Positions 1 through 11,050 of a stretch of 64,000 nucleotides of DNA are shown in pieces. The number at the start of each line of letters is the position of its first letter. The first letter of the stretch is position 1. The notes under the pieces are model-generated. The model did no database searches. It saw only the letters and a program-made list of their open reading frames with translations, and had not been told where the DNA came from. A program made the position numbers and the translations under genes. The DNA comes from Podarcis melisellensis (taxonomy: Eukaryota). The DNA lies in assembly GCA_964234715.1 (NCBI GenBank), contig OZ174290.1; one strand, given 5' to 3'.

Positions 1-263
1 AAAATGTCTCTTCATGCCAACCTTCACACAAGATCCAGCTCTGGAGAGTTGAATGGAAGAGGAGCAATACCTTATTCTCCAATATTTCACTTCGGAAAAT
101 ATGCCCAAACCATCTTCTCACCATCGTATTACAGCACTACTCTGACTGCTCTTATTTGCTTTACAATTATTTGCCTGCACTCTTTTAAAAGCTCAAAGGC
201 TAATTGTTAGCGAAAGGTTTGTCAATGGTAGAGCTTGTCAATGGTTCTCCCCCCTGCCTCATA

Positions 264-662
264 TCCTGGAAAGTTGCTGCCAGTCAGTGTAGACAATACA
301 GAAGAAGAAGAAGAAGAAGAAGAAGAAGAAGAAGAAGAAGAAGAAGAAGAAGAAGAAGAAGAAGAGGTGTTTGGATTTGATATCCCGCTTTATCACTACC
401 CTAAGGAGTCTCAAAGTGGCTAACATTCTCCTTTCCCTTCCTCCCCCACAACAAACACTCTGTGAGGTGAGTGAGGCTGAGAGACTTCAAAGAAGTGTAA
501 CTGGACCAAGGTCACCCAGCAGCTGCATGTGGAGGAGCGGAGAAGCGAACCTGGTTCCCCAGATTAGGAGTCTACCGCTCTTAACCACTACACCACACTG
601 GCTCTCAGCTGAACTAGATGGACCAGTGGTCTGACTTCAGTATAAGGCAGCTTCCCATGTTT
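264..662 (+). mobile_element. Older squamate tRNA-SINE 3' half, split by the SINE at 301-605
   Basis: ctggaaagttgctgccagtcagtgtagacaatac (before 300) resumes as tgaactagatggaccagtggtctgact...taaggcagcttcc (after 609); same family as 22601-22765. Confidence 0.75.
301..605 (-). mobile_element. tRNA-derived SINE with long (TTC)n tail (reads as (GAA)~22 on +, 301-365)
   Basis: Reverse strand begins agccagtgtggtgtagtggttaagagcggtagactc...ggttcgc (pol III A/B boxes), CORE-like body, simple-repeat tail. Confidence 0.85.
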
Positions 663-1117
663 TGTGGGGGTTAGAATATAATTATCCTACAGTTATTTAT
701 CAAGGCATGCACAATGACAGGCTGTGTCCTCTGTAGCACCGTAATGTTCATTTGTCTGCATCTACATGCATGTGCTTTACAGACAAGATGTAGCTTCATA
801 ACTCTGAGAACTTGGGGTGGAAGCTGAACCCTAGATAATAACAACTCTAAGAACACACATTAATTACATTTGACACAGTATTCCCGAAAGGCAAAAAGAG
901 GGACATTTGCCAGAGACAGGTCCAAACAAACAAAACCAGAAAATAAGCCAGGTAAACAATAATAGTTGGAGCATATGCTGTAGATATGGATTCCATATTT
1001 GCACAATATATTTTCATAGGGATCACCCACAGGAGTAGTTTGGTGCTTGGAAAATTAAATATGTGAATCTGCCCATGAACTGTCCTGGGAACAGTGCTTG
1101 TATGTCCCACCCCTTTA

Positions 1118-1551
1118 CTTCTTGTTGTTTAGTCGTTTAGTCGTGTCCGACTCTTTGTGACCCCATGGACCAGAGCACACCAGGCACTCCTGTCTTCTAC
1201 TGGCTCCTGCAGTTTGGTCAAACCCATGTAGTAGCTTAGAGAACACTGCCCAACCATCTCGTCCTCTGTTGGCCCCATTCTCCTTGTGCCCTCCATCTTT
1301 CCCAACATCAGGGTCTTTTCCAGGGAGTCTTCTCCTCTCATGAGGTCGCCAGAGTATTGGAGCCTCAGCTTCAGGATCTGTCCTTCCAGTGAGCACTCAG
1401 GGCTGATTTCCTTAAGAATGATAGGTTTGTTCTTCTTGCAGTCCATGGGACTCTCAAGAGTCTCCTCCAGCACCATAATTCAAAAGCATCAATTCAGCCT
1501 TCTTTATGATCCGGCTCTCACTTCCATACATCACTACTGGGGAAACCATAG
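1118..1551 (-). mobile_element. RTE-BovB LINE 3' fragment
   Basis: Minus-strand translation ILKEISPECSLEGQILKLRLQY...DSLEKTLMLGKMEG...WCALVHGVTKSRTRLND is the BovB ORF C-terminus; short (CAA)-type tail. Confidence 0.92.
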
Positions 1552-2635
1552 GGAGTGACTATATTGTTATGTGGTCCAGCCATTAATTTTTAGAACCGAG
1601 CGCCTCAAATTCAGTGTGACAAACTCATTACTCCATTGACCCTGAAGTGAGCCCTCATTAAGGAGTAAAATAGTATCTGGTTTCAAAACAGCACTTTACT
1701 ATGAGTTTTTTTGTCCTGGTGGATGCTGGTGCCTTGGTCAGAAATGCATTTTATCAATATTGTTATTCAAAGAGACGCTTTGCAAAACTTACCTCTGAAC
1801 GATCCAGTAAATTTCTGGCAGGATTTGCATTGTGAAATGCATGTTAAGGAGACAAACAGGGTGTTCACGTGCATCTAAAGCTAGAGTGCCTTGTTTGGCC
1901 ATTGCTATTTTGCTTTGCGTGCACGGATCCATCCCGTCATAATTAGTAATCAAAATTCATCCAAGCGTTTAATGTTCCACCTCTAAATGATGATTAATAG
2001 CAAACAACATGGACGTCTAAATCTCATCTGAAATGGAGGGGACATGCTATGTTGGCAAAATAATTGAGCATGTTGCATTGCAGTGCAACAGCTCTTTAAA
2101 AATGAACACAATTGAAAGGATGAAACCTCAGCAAAAGAACAAAATTTACATTTGGTAACAGGGCACTCCACGAGCTTGATCTCGGTTAAAACCAATGGAA
2201 AGATTTGCCCAGATAAAACGCAGAAAGCACTTTTGCAATAAACCCCTGCTCTCAAGAACAGAGGTTGGCTACTTTCATCTTTAAAAAGTGTGTGTGTTAT
2301 CCCAGGACAGAAGTTCCCACACTGTCTGCCGGAGCATGACAGAAATGCTAGTGTGCTACAAGGAATTAAAGTTCTTGTGAGGCCAAAACATCCACCCATC
2401 AAAGTGCTGCTGCTGCCCAACTCATTGTTCTGGCCTTGGTTCTTCCAATTTGCCTGTGCCAGGGGCAAGCCATTCTATACCAGGCATCGGGTTGCCTCAT
2501 TGTGGCAGGCTTTTGTGGGCTCTACTGCCATTGCACACCCACCAGGCTCTCTGGTCAGAGCATCGGAAAGCTCTCTAGTAAGGCCAGCTCCCATCAGAAG
2601 GATAGTTTTGAGTGTGCGTTCATTTAATCACTATT

Positions 2636-2698
2636 TTTGTTTAGTCGTTTAGTCATGTCCGACTCTTCGTGACCCCATGGGCTAGAGCACGCCAGGCA
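2636..2698 (-). mobile_element. Short BovB 3' tail fragment
   Basis: Near-identical to 1125-1187 (ttgtttagtcgtttagtc...gaccccatgg...agcac.ccaggca). Confidence 0.8.
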
Positions 2699-2884
2699 TC
2701 TGCCATCAGAGCAGAAAAGTGAGGCCCAGGACAGCTTCTAAAGAAAGATGGGTGGGTAGGAGGAAAAGGGGGATCTTAACCCTTTCCGTGCCTGTCAGTT
2801 CTCCCCATCAAAAATCTGAGGCTGTTTCCCTTTACCAGGCTCCAAAATATAACTACTCAAGAGAGGGGAACCATGATACATATA

Positions 2885-3121
2885 CAGTGGTACCTTGGGT
2901 TACATACACTTCAGGTTACAGATGCTTCAGGCTACAGACACCGCTAACCCAGAAATAGTACCTCAGGTTAAGAACTTTGCTTCAGGATGAGAACAGAAAT
3001 CGGGTGGCGGAGGCACAGCGGCAGCGGGAGGCCCCATTAGCTAAAGTGGTGCTTCAGGTTAAGAACAGTTTCAGGTTAAGACCTCCAGAACAAATTAAGT
3101 ACTTAACCCGAGGTACCACTG
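2885..3121. mobile_element. Tc1/mariner-pogo (Tigger-like) MITE
   Basis: TIRs CAGTGGTACCT(T/C)GGGTTA / TAACCCGAGGTACCACTG flanked by TA duplications at 2883-2884 and 3122-3123. Confidence 0.88.
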
Positions 3122-3769
3122 TATAGGAACCTTGCAAATTCTCTCTGTTAAATGTCCCCAGGTCCTGCATTATTAGCACCATGAGGGATATATGGGAGCC
3201 TTGTGTTTCTCTTGTAATGGTTTAATTTCACTCTTAGAGAGAGAGTGTGTGCTACAGAGATACACTTTGCGATGTTGCAGATGCAACTGCCTGTGTTCCA
3301 TGAAGGCAACTTGTGGTCCCTTTGTTGAATTTCAGTTTCTGGTCAAATTAAAATCTCTTGGTCTTCCCAGCTCCTTGATCTTGCTGCCTCTGACTCTTGG
3401 CTGCGTTAACAGTTGTCCTTCACACTCTCGGGATGAAGCATTACTAGTACCTTAATCTCCAACTGTCAATAGTTCTGAAGCAAAGTACATTTGTTGTAAG
3501 CTCTCCAAATGTCAGAGCAAACCTGTGTTATGTGCTTAGCCTAAGCGTTTGGCATTTACTCTTCCCAGCTGAGAAAAGTAGGCACAGTCCTTGGACTTGA
3601 GCTACTCGAGTGCATTTTAATTATGAGTAGCAAGCCTCAGACATGGAGATAGACCGGGGGGGGGGGGGTGACCAAGAAAATGATGCCAGTATCCAGGTGT
3701 TTCTTTTTTGAGGGTGCAACTCAGGATGTAGAGGAAACATTAGCTGCAGGCAAAGTGGCAAAGCATCAG

Positions 3770-3905
3770 CCTCCCTCTGCCACCTACAAAATGGGCAATA
3801 TAATATAGAACAGGCCTACTTTACAGATCGTTGTAAGGATTATTCAGATATTATGTGTGAAGCACTTTGAGTACGCTGACGTCATATAGAAATGCTGAGC
3901 ATTAA
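3770..3905 (+). mobile_element. Old MIR/CORE-like SINE fragment
   Basis: aaaatggg...ata...cctacttt.acag..gttgtaaggatta...tgtgaagcacttt...aaatgct pattern typical of CORE SINE 3' ends. Confidence 0.55.
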
Positions 3906-3964
3906 CTTGGTATTAATTCTGTACAGGAACGGTAATCGTGTAATGTTTTGTACAAAGTCAGTTT

Positions 3965-4097
3965 TCTCTCCTTCACTGGAAGTTTGTAAGCAGAGGTTGG
4001 ATGGCCATCGGTCATGGATTCCTACATTGCAGGGGGTTGGACTAGATGGTCCTTGGGGGTCCCTTCCAACTCTACAATTCTATTATTCTATTATTCT
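3965..4097 (+). mobile_element. CR1 LINE 3' end
   Basis: ggttggactagatgg...ggtcccttccaactct followed by ATTCTAT-type terminal repeats. Confidence 0.85.
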
Positions 4098-4119
4098 TCA
4101 CCTGTCTTTGGTGTAATTT

Positions 4120-4237
4120 GATTGTATCCAGTGCTAGTCCTACTCAGAGTAGCCCCATTGAAAACAATGGGCATGACTAACTTGGGCCCATTAATTTCAG
4201 TTGTTATCCTCTGAGTAAAACTTGGTTATATATAACC
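4120..4237. mobile_element. Degenerate palindromic squamate MITE-like element
   Basis: Imperfect inverted arms (tactcagagta..ccattgaa / ttcag..ctctgagta) 85 nt upstream of exon 10. Confidence 0.5.
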
Positions 4238-4322
4238 TGTTGGTATTTGTGCAACTTAAGATCCAACATTTAAATCTTATTCTTCTCTCTCTCTCTCTCT
4301 CTCAAACACTTCTACATTCAAG

Positions 4323-4397
4323 GTTATCCAAATTTTGTCGCGACCTATGGCCGAGGATACCCTGGATTTGCCCCCAGTTACAGTTATCAGTTCCCAG
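4323..4397 (+). CDS. MSI2: MSI2 constitutive exon (human exon 10 equivalent), 75 nt, phase 1-1: (G)[24 protein letters not shown](G)
   Basis: CT-rich tract then ttcaAG acceptor (4321-4322); donor CAG|GTACGT at 4398. Peptide matches human MSI2 [26 protein letters not shown] with one substitution. Confidence 0.97.
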
Positions 4398-4797
4398 GTA
4401 CGTGAAATTTTAATATGTATAATTTAATCGAGCAAAAGAAAAGAAAATTCCAAACACATCCTATTAGGGAACTTACTCATGAGCAAAGCATGCATAGGAT
4501 TGCACTGCAAGTCCATAATTCAACTGAGACAACAACAGCAGCAAAGCCTCTAAATGGAGGACCTTTTGGTAGTGCTCAAGGTGTCATTTTCTTTCTGGTT
4601 TACTAAAATAAATGGCGGGGGGGGGGGAGAGAACCTGATTTCATTTTGGGTTTTAATTGGTACTGGTTATTTGTAAACAGAATTCCTTTGAAACAGCACA
4701 CAATTAGGTATTTTACTTCCCTTTTTGTAAGGCACGTCTTTCTCCCCGCCTGTCCCCCCAAAGTTGAGTTTGTTTGTAGTGCTATGCAGAAGAGTCT

Positions 4798-4800
<3 letters not shown>

Positions 4801-4855
<55 letters not shown>
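4801..4855. repeat. (TC)27 microsatellite
   Basis: Direct reading. Confidence 0.97.
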
Positions 4856-4859
<4 letters not shown>

Positions 4860-4947
4860 TTCTCTTGCACTCTGCACAGAGATGAGGCTCCACCTAATAC
4901 CTTCCCTCTTGTTTGTTTCTCTTCCCCTCTTCTTCCATTTTGTGCAG

Positions 4948-5037
4948 CTGTCAGATCTGCTGCTTTTAGCAATCTCTGTTGAGTCCGTGTTTAATACCTC
5001 CAGTCGTCACTTTGAGAACTCCTGAGGTTTTGAAATG
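4948..5037 (+). other. MSI2: Candidate stop-containing (poison) cassette exon of MSI2, 90 nt; would add AVRSAAFSNLC*
   Basis: Long pyrimidine tract 4901-4941 ending tgtgcAG (4946-4947); donor ATG|GTAGGC at 5038; in-frame TGA at 4980-4982 after phase-1 splicing from exon 10. No transcript evidence. Confidence 0.4.
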
Positions 5038-8000
5038 GTAGGCTGGCTGGCTTTTAAACATCCCCTCCTGCCGATAATGAGCAGCCCCTCGCATTTCATC
5101 TCTGCCACTATCAACAGGCAGTCACTGAAACCAAACGCCCTGGATTTTGTTTTTATGCCAGCAACGCTTCAAGCTTAAACTGGAGATTCCAGAAAGTGTG
5201 TCTGCCCCCCTCCCCCCGGCATCTTATCCACCTCAGGATAAGTAGGGCTGTGTGGAGCCAATTTCGGACCGGGGAGCTTGCTGCTTGCTAATAGCAAAGG
5301 CCCACCTGGAGACCACAGCAAGGAAACTGTTGCACTGCATGTTAAATTCATTAATGCGTGTCGCAAAGTGTGAGGTTATGCCACCTTGCCCTGCATTCTG
5401 TAATTGCGTACAAGGGAATGATGGGGAAACAGCCTTTCTAAGGTTAATTAAGAAAACCAAGTTTAAAGGCAGCTTCATTTCTTAAAAAAATCTATAGAAA
5501 CCAAAAGAAAACAAGGTCTTATGGTAGAAATATTTTAGACTTCAAGGAAGCAAGTACAGCCTTAAAAACTACCCAGGATAATCTATACTGCCAGGTTTAT
5601 TTGGTTAACCATTCCTGGATTCTAGAGAGTTGGGAAAGCTTCCCACCAACTTTTATTCTTATAAAACAAGGCCTCTTAAGAGTATTTTAGATTTTTCCCA
5701 ATGACAGAGGCCTGTCACATTCACTGTTGCAACATTTTCCAAATGTTCCACCATTTCTGTCTTCATTTCCATGTCTTGCACAAACACTTTTAGGCCCTGG
5801 CAAGATTAAATTATGGAGACCCATGATCAGATCAGTTTCTCCAAACAGGACAAATAGCAGCCAGATATAGGATCATTTTCGGAGGGGGAAATGGCACTGA
5901 AGGAAAGGGGTTAACCCCATCTCTCCCCCCCCCCCTCAGTTGTTAAGGGTGGTTAAAACAAAAAGCGATTCCAAGCTGCAAAAAGACCCCCCCCAAAGGA
6001 TCTCTCCAAAGGCAAAGCATTTGTTCTGCCACTGAGTTGAATACTCTGAAGTGCCACAAACAGTAACCTTATTTTGCTGTAATGATAGTTATGGTACCAG
6101 CTGCATGTTGTTGGGGATCCTCTTCTGCTCCCGTTTGGAAGTTCCTATGTGATCTTGGACAAGTCAGTGAACATTACATTGACTCCTTGTTTTGTGAAAA
6201 TTGAGGGTAGAGGAAACATTGGTCATAGCTGTGTGGTGGGACAGACTAGGTTAGAAACTGAGGTGTTAAGGTGCTTTCAGAAGCCCTAATGGTCAGCTTG
6301 TCCATTTTGTTCTGTTTCCATTAAAACAACAACTGTGATTTGTTGGTATGTTTTGCATTAGCCTTGACTGAGAACTATTACCTTTTCATTCTGCCTGACC
6401 ACAAGTTCAGTGTATCTTTAAAAGCTTGCATACTCTTACACCAGTGGGTGCATAAAAGGTGTTTTTAAAAATCACTTAAGTGCAGATTCTTCATCTTGCA
6501 ATAAAGAAACCCAAATATTTCTGCTCTAGACTTGGTGGCTGTCAGCATCAGCTGCTGAATGTGACCCAGCGGAGCATTTACTGTGAAATTGAAGCTCTCA
6601 CTGATGGTAGCTTGGCCTGCTAGCCTACCATGGACAGTTGGGATTCCATATTTTGTGGCAATTAACCTGGTTGATCCTTTGCTTGGTCTGTGCATGCAGC
6701 TTGACACTATTGCAGCCAAGATCAGTAAATATTTGGTTAAGCAATTGCCAGAAATACTACTACTAAAAAGGGGTGAGTGGTCTGGTTTATGCTGGGCCAC
6801 GTCTGTCATCCTACTGAGCGTAAGTAAAAAAGGCAAAAATTGAGATCCCCGCCATTTCCCCTGGGAGATGTTGATGTCAGTAAGACTTTACCATAGCTGC
6901 TTTCATGTGTTGGATGCTGCCAGTTTCAATGACACAGCATCCAGGCAGTGGTCCCCAGACCTGGGACTAGGTGGGAGGCAGCAGGGCACTTGCACACCTT
7001 TCCTCCACTCTGAGCACTGACTTCTAGGTTTTGTTTATTCTTGCCATTTCCTCTATCTTTTGCCAGCCACCAAGAAATGGTATCATTATTGTTGTTTGTA
7101 TGCCAGCAGCAATGTTGTGCCTGGCATTTTACAAAGGCTGAGGTGACAGGTGCCTTCCCTCAAGGAGTTTACCATCTAAAATAGACACAAGTGAGTCAAT
7201 AGAGGAAGGGAAAGGAACTGAAGACAGGGTAAGCAGAGGTACAATAAGTGTGTGTTTCTGTTATGCAGGCTTCGTTGCAACAGGCCCTTTAGCTGGGAAT
7301 ACTCAAGGATCTAGCTTGGTTCGCATTTTTCAGCAAACAGACAAGAATTACACTTCCTGGGTTGATACATCAAGTCAGGACACAGTTGTTTCCTTTGGTT
7401 TCTGCATTTTTTCAGACTTGATGATGCAGCTGTCAGCTTTAAAAAAGGACCACAGTGCATATTAAAATACAAATGCATTAAAAAATAAGGGGAATTGTTG
7501 TGCAGTTTAAGAAAAAAACCACAGATTCATTCAGAAACAGGATGGAATGGACTTAAGCTTGAACCCGTGTGAGAGGGATACAGAGCAGAAATAGGTTAGT
7601 CATGCCTGCATGTAGCTAACTGGATGTATTATGTGTCTATCAGAGGATAACTGGTATCTGCTTCTAGCTTTACTTCTGGGGTCAGCCTTAAGATACGAGC
7701 TAATTTAACCTGGGGGCAAATGCTGTGTAAATGAAATGTATGAGCAGCATACATGACAAACAGGTGTGAGCTGCTGCTGGCTTGGAGCTGAGGGGAAAGC
7801 CAGGGGCTCATTCCCATTGACTTGGAGTGCCTTCCCAAATCAGCATGATGTCAGCCTGCACGGAGGAGTGGGGGAGTCATTGGTGAACACACATTTTGAC
7901 TGGCTGTCTCCAAATGGGTCTCTGCACATTACGGAAGCTTCTGGCCCCCACAACTGTTAAACCTTATATCCAGAGGATATAAGGCAGGATTGGAGCCATC

Positions 8001-8158
8001 CAAGTCCCTTGGAAGTAAATTGGGGATATTCAGAAACAGCAACTGCTAGGATACAATAAAGTTGGGTTTGATTGGATGCGGCTTTCTTTAACCATTCTCA
8101 CTGTGTGTCAGAAGTATTCATTACAGTGCAGGCCCTTCGTCAGTTCCTGTTAACAGTA

Positions 8159-8523
8159 AAGGTAAAGGTAAAGGGACCCCTGACCATTAGGTCCAGTTGC
8201 GGACGACTCTGGGGTTGCGGCGCTCATCTCGCTTTACTGGCCGAGGGAGCCGCCATTTGTCTGCAGACAGCTTCCGGGTCATGTGGCCAGCATGACTAAG
8301 CCGCTTCTGGCGAACCAGAGCAGCGCACGGAAACACCGTTTACCTTCCCGCCAGAGTGGTACCTATTTATCTACTTGCACTTTGACGTGCTTTCGAACTG
8401 CTAGCTTGGCAGGAGCAGGAACCGAGCAACAGGAGCTCACCCCGTCGCGGGGATTCAAACCGCCGACCTTCCAATCGGCAAGCCCTAGGCTCTGTGGTTT
8501 AGACCACAGTGCCACCCGCGCCA
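8159..8523 (-). mobile_element. Full-length Sauria SINE with 13-bp target-site duplication
   Basis: (ACCTTT)n tail on the minus strand, tRNA-like head at the right end; TSD cctgttaacagta at 8146-8158 and 8524-8536. Confidence 0.93.
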
Positions 8524-11009
8524 CCTGTTAACAGTATGGAACCTAAATATAGTATGGATTTTCTCCCAAAAAAAGTTTTACTCAAGAGTAGACCCATTGA
8601 TGTTATAAAAATAGTATGGTTCTGAAGTCTTAACTAAACTAAGAAACGTCCGCTTACCCTGAGGCATTGCCAGGTCTCTTCCTTGCATTAAACTGAAATA
8701 TTATGCTGTTAAGTTACAATTGCAGAGAACCCGGGACTGCCGTTGGTTTTTATATTTTGATACCAGCAGACTCGCCACTAAGTGCTCTCTTTCAAATTTG
8801 CTTTTTGTTTGCTTGCTTTTTAAGCAAATAAAATGCCAGTTGACACTGCATGGTAATGTGATATTTACTCTTGTCAGGTGAAACAATGCCGCAATCCACC
8901 TGTTCCATTATGCGTGTTTGTTTTCATTATTTGAGTAGAGGGGAACGTGGGTTTCTTTTGGGGGGAGGTTGTTTGTTTGTTTTAGCTGCAGCCATTTTGC
9001 TTTCTTTATGATGTCGCCTCTGTGGCATGTTTTTAAAATAATTTTTGGATAAAATCTCTGGCATCTGTGTCAACTTGGCCTTCTCAGGGGTGACAGTCTC
9101 TACCCCAGGAGTCATTGGCTGCCTCTTACTGCTTGGATGAGTTTCCATTATTGAGGACTGAGGATGTGGAAAAGGTCTTTGGGGCGGTTGATATAACCAC
9201 TTGTACTCTGAATTCATCTTCCTCAGTGCTTGATACCTGTTTGCGGTGAAGTATTGTCTGAAACTGTCAGGCTTATAGGCTCATCTTCACAGGGAGAAGT
9301 GCTCTCCAATGCTTACCAGTTTCTGGTGAGGTGCCTCTAATTTAATTTATTGGGGAAGGTGATCATGTGGTTGGTCATCTCCAAGTGCTCTTAGATTATC
9401 TGGACACATTTAATGTTTTCAGGCCTGGCTTTGTGGCAAAAATAGTCTTGGCCATGTAAGCACCCTTTACTGCATGGGGAGCAGAGGAAGTGTGATACTA
9501 TTGATTCTCTACTTTTCAGTATCTGTCGGTACCATTCACTGTAGTGTCCTTCTGGAATATCCGACAAGATTGGGAATAGGGAACGCTGCCTTGCAGGGGT
9601 CCTACACCTAACTTTTGCGTTAGTTTCAGGAAACAGGGAGAGAGATAGACTCTAGCGCTATTCAAGTGGAGGTATCTGTTGGGCCTGTCCTTAGGGCTCT
9701 GTTCTGTCTGCTCTGGTACTAAACGTCTGCATGAAACCACTGGAAAGAGGTGATGTTTGGATCTGGAGTAATCCCAGCTGCCCTTTCCCTTTTCCTCAAA
9801 TCCTTGCAATTGTGGCATTCTTGAGCAGAGGTCTACAGAGTCAGGGCTGCAACAAATGATTATTGGCAATAGGTGGATCACCATCTGGGAGTAGGCAACT
9901 GGTCAGTCTGCACCTTAATGAGTAGCCATTCCATAGAAGGAGTAGATCCACAGCTTTGAGGGGGTGTTTCTGGTTGCTTCTTGGGTGTTGCTTCTGGCTA
10001 TGTGGCCAGAATTTCTTTTTCAAGCTTTACGTGTGGCGGTGTCTTCATAATTCTCCTTGATAGCCTCTTGGCAAAGCTCCTCTAATTTCCTTTGCATGAA
10101 GTTGACTTACAAGTGGTCCACAGCGGCATTGGCTGGACTCTTGACACAGAGTGTCTCCTGGGGCCGTGTTACATTTGCACTGTGACTATGAGTTGTTTTC
10201 TTGGCACAGCTGAAGACATTGCCGTTGATGTTTAAGCCCTACTTGGTCTAGGTATTGCCCTGGTCACTTGAAAGAATGCTTACCCCCGATACAACCCTCT
10301 CCCAGGGTATCAAGATCAGAGGAGCAGGGCCTCTTGCAAATACCCTTCCTCCTGAGAAATTAAGAGAAGTGGCTCCCAAATCCATGAACTCCAAATGGTG
10401 GAACATCACCTGTCTGCCTCTCCATCTCTCTCTCTTTCCCTCTTTCTTCCTTCTCTGTGCCTTTAGGAGGCATGGGGGGGAAAACCATTCTCCCTTTTTA
10501 AGGTGACTATTCATGCTGCAGTCCTAAGCCTTGCTTGTTTTGACTCTCCTTTCTATAATGTGTCACCTTGCCTGTTTTTATTTTATTTCATTGCTATTTT
10601 ATGTTGTGGTTTTATTGCTTGAATTGTGAACTGCTTTGTAAAAAAAAACATGTCAGAAAGTGGTATACACGTTTAGTATATAATATATAAAGCTTGTCAT
10701 TTGCTCAATAATTCATGGGAAGAAATGGTGTCTGTCACCTTCTGGGAAGGTGGAAGGAATGCCACACACTTTGACAACTAAGGACGCAATCCTCGCAACT
10801 TGGGAGCAAGCCCCATTGTACTCAATGGGACCTTCTTCTGAATAGACATGGATGGGATCAGGCTGCACTTCTAGCTTTCCTTAGCCCCCATTGTGCTTTT
10901 TGAAACCAATTGAAATTGCTCGCTATCCTGTCTCCCCTTTTAAAAAAAAGTTCTCGGACTTATCTTTACAGTTTAATCTATTAATTTCTGTTCTTATTTC
11001 ACTTTGCAG

Positions 11010-11050
11010 ACTATTTGCCGATTTCACAAGACATAATTTTTATCAACTAG
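11010..11050 (+). CDS. MSI2: MSI2 alternative terminal coding exon: (D)YLPISQDIIFIN* (short isoform)
   Basis: Acceptor ttcttatttcactttgcAG (11008-11009); phase-1 reading gives DYLPISQDIIFIN-TAG, nearly identical to the recalled C-terminus DYLPVSQDIIFIN of the short human MSI2 isoform. Confidence 0.9.

Noticed and set aside
235-423. ORF with a poly-Glu run
   Set aside because: The run is the translated (GAA)n tail of an antisense SINE.
4603-4982. ORFs with ER/SL dipeptide repeats
   Set aside because: Artefacts of the (TC)27 microsatellite; only the last 11 codons of the 4764-4982 frame matter, as part of the candidate poison exon.
9516-10023. Minus-strand ORFs with faint Penelope RT-like words (DRPNRYLHLNS, SVPYSQ)
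   Set aside because: Spacing and surrounding residues do not fit; cannot be supported without a profile search.
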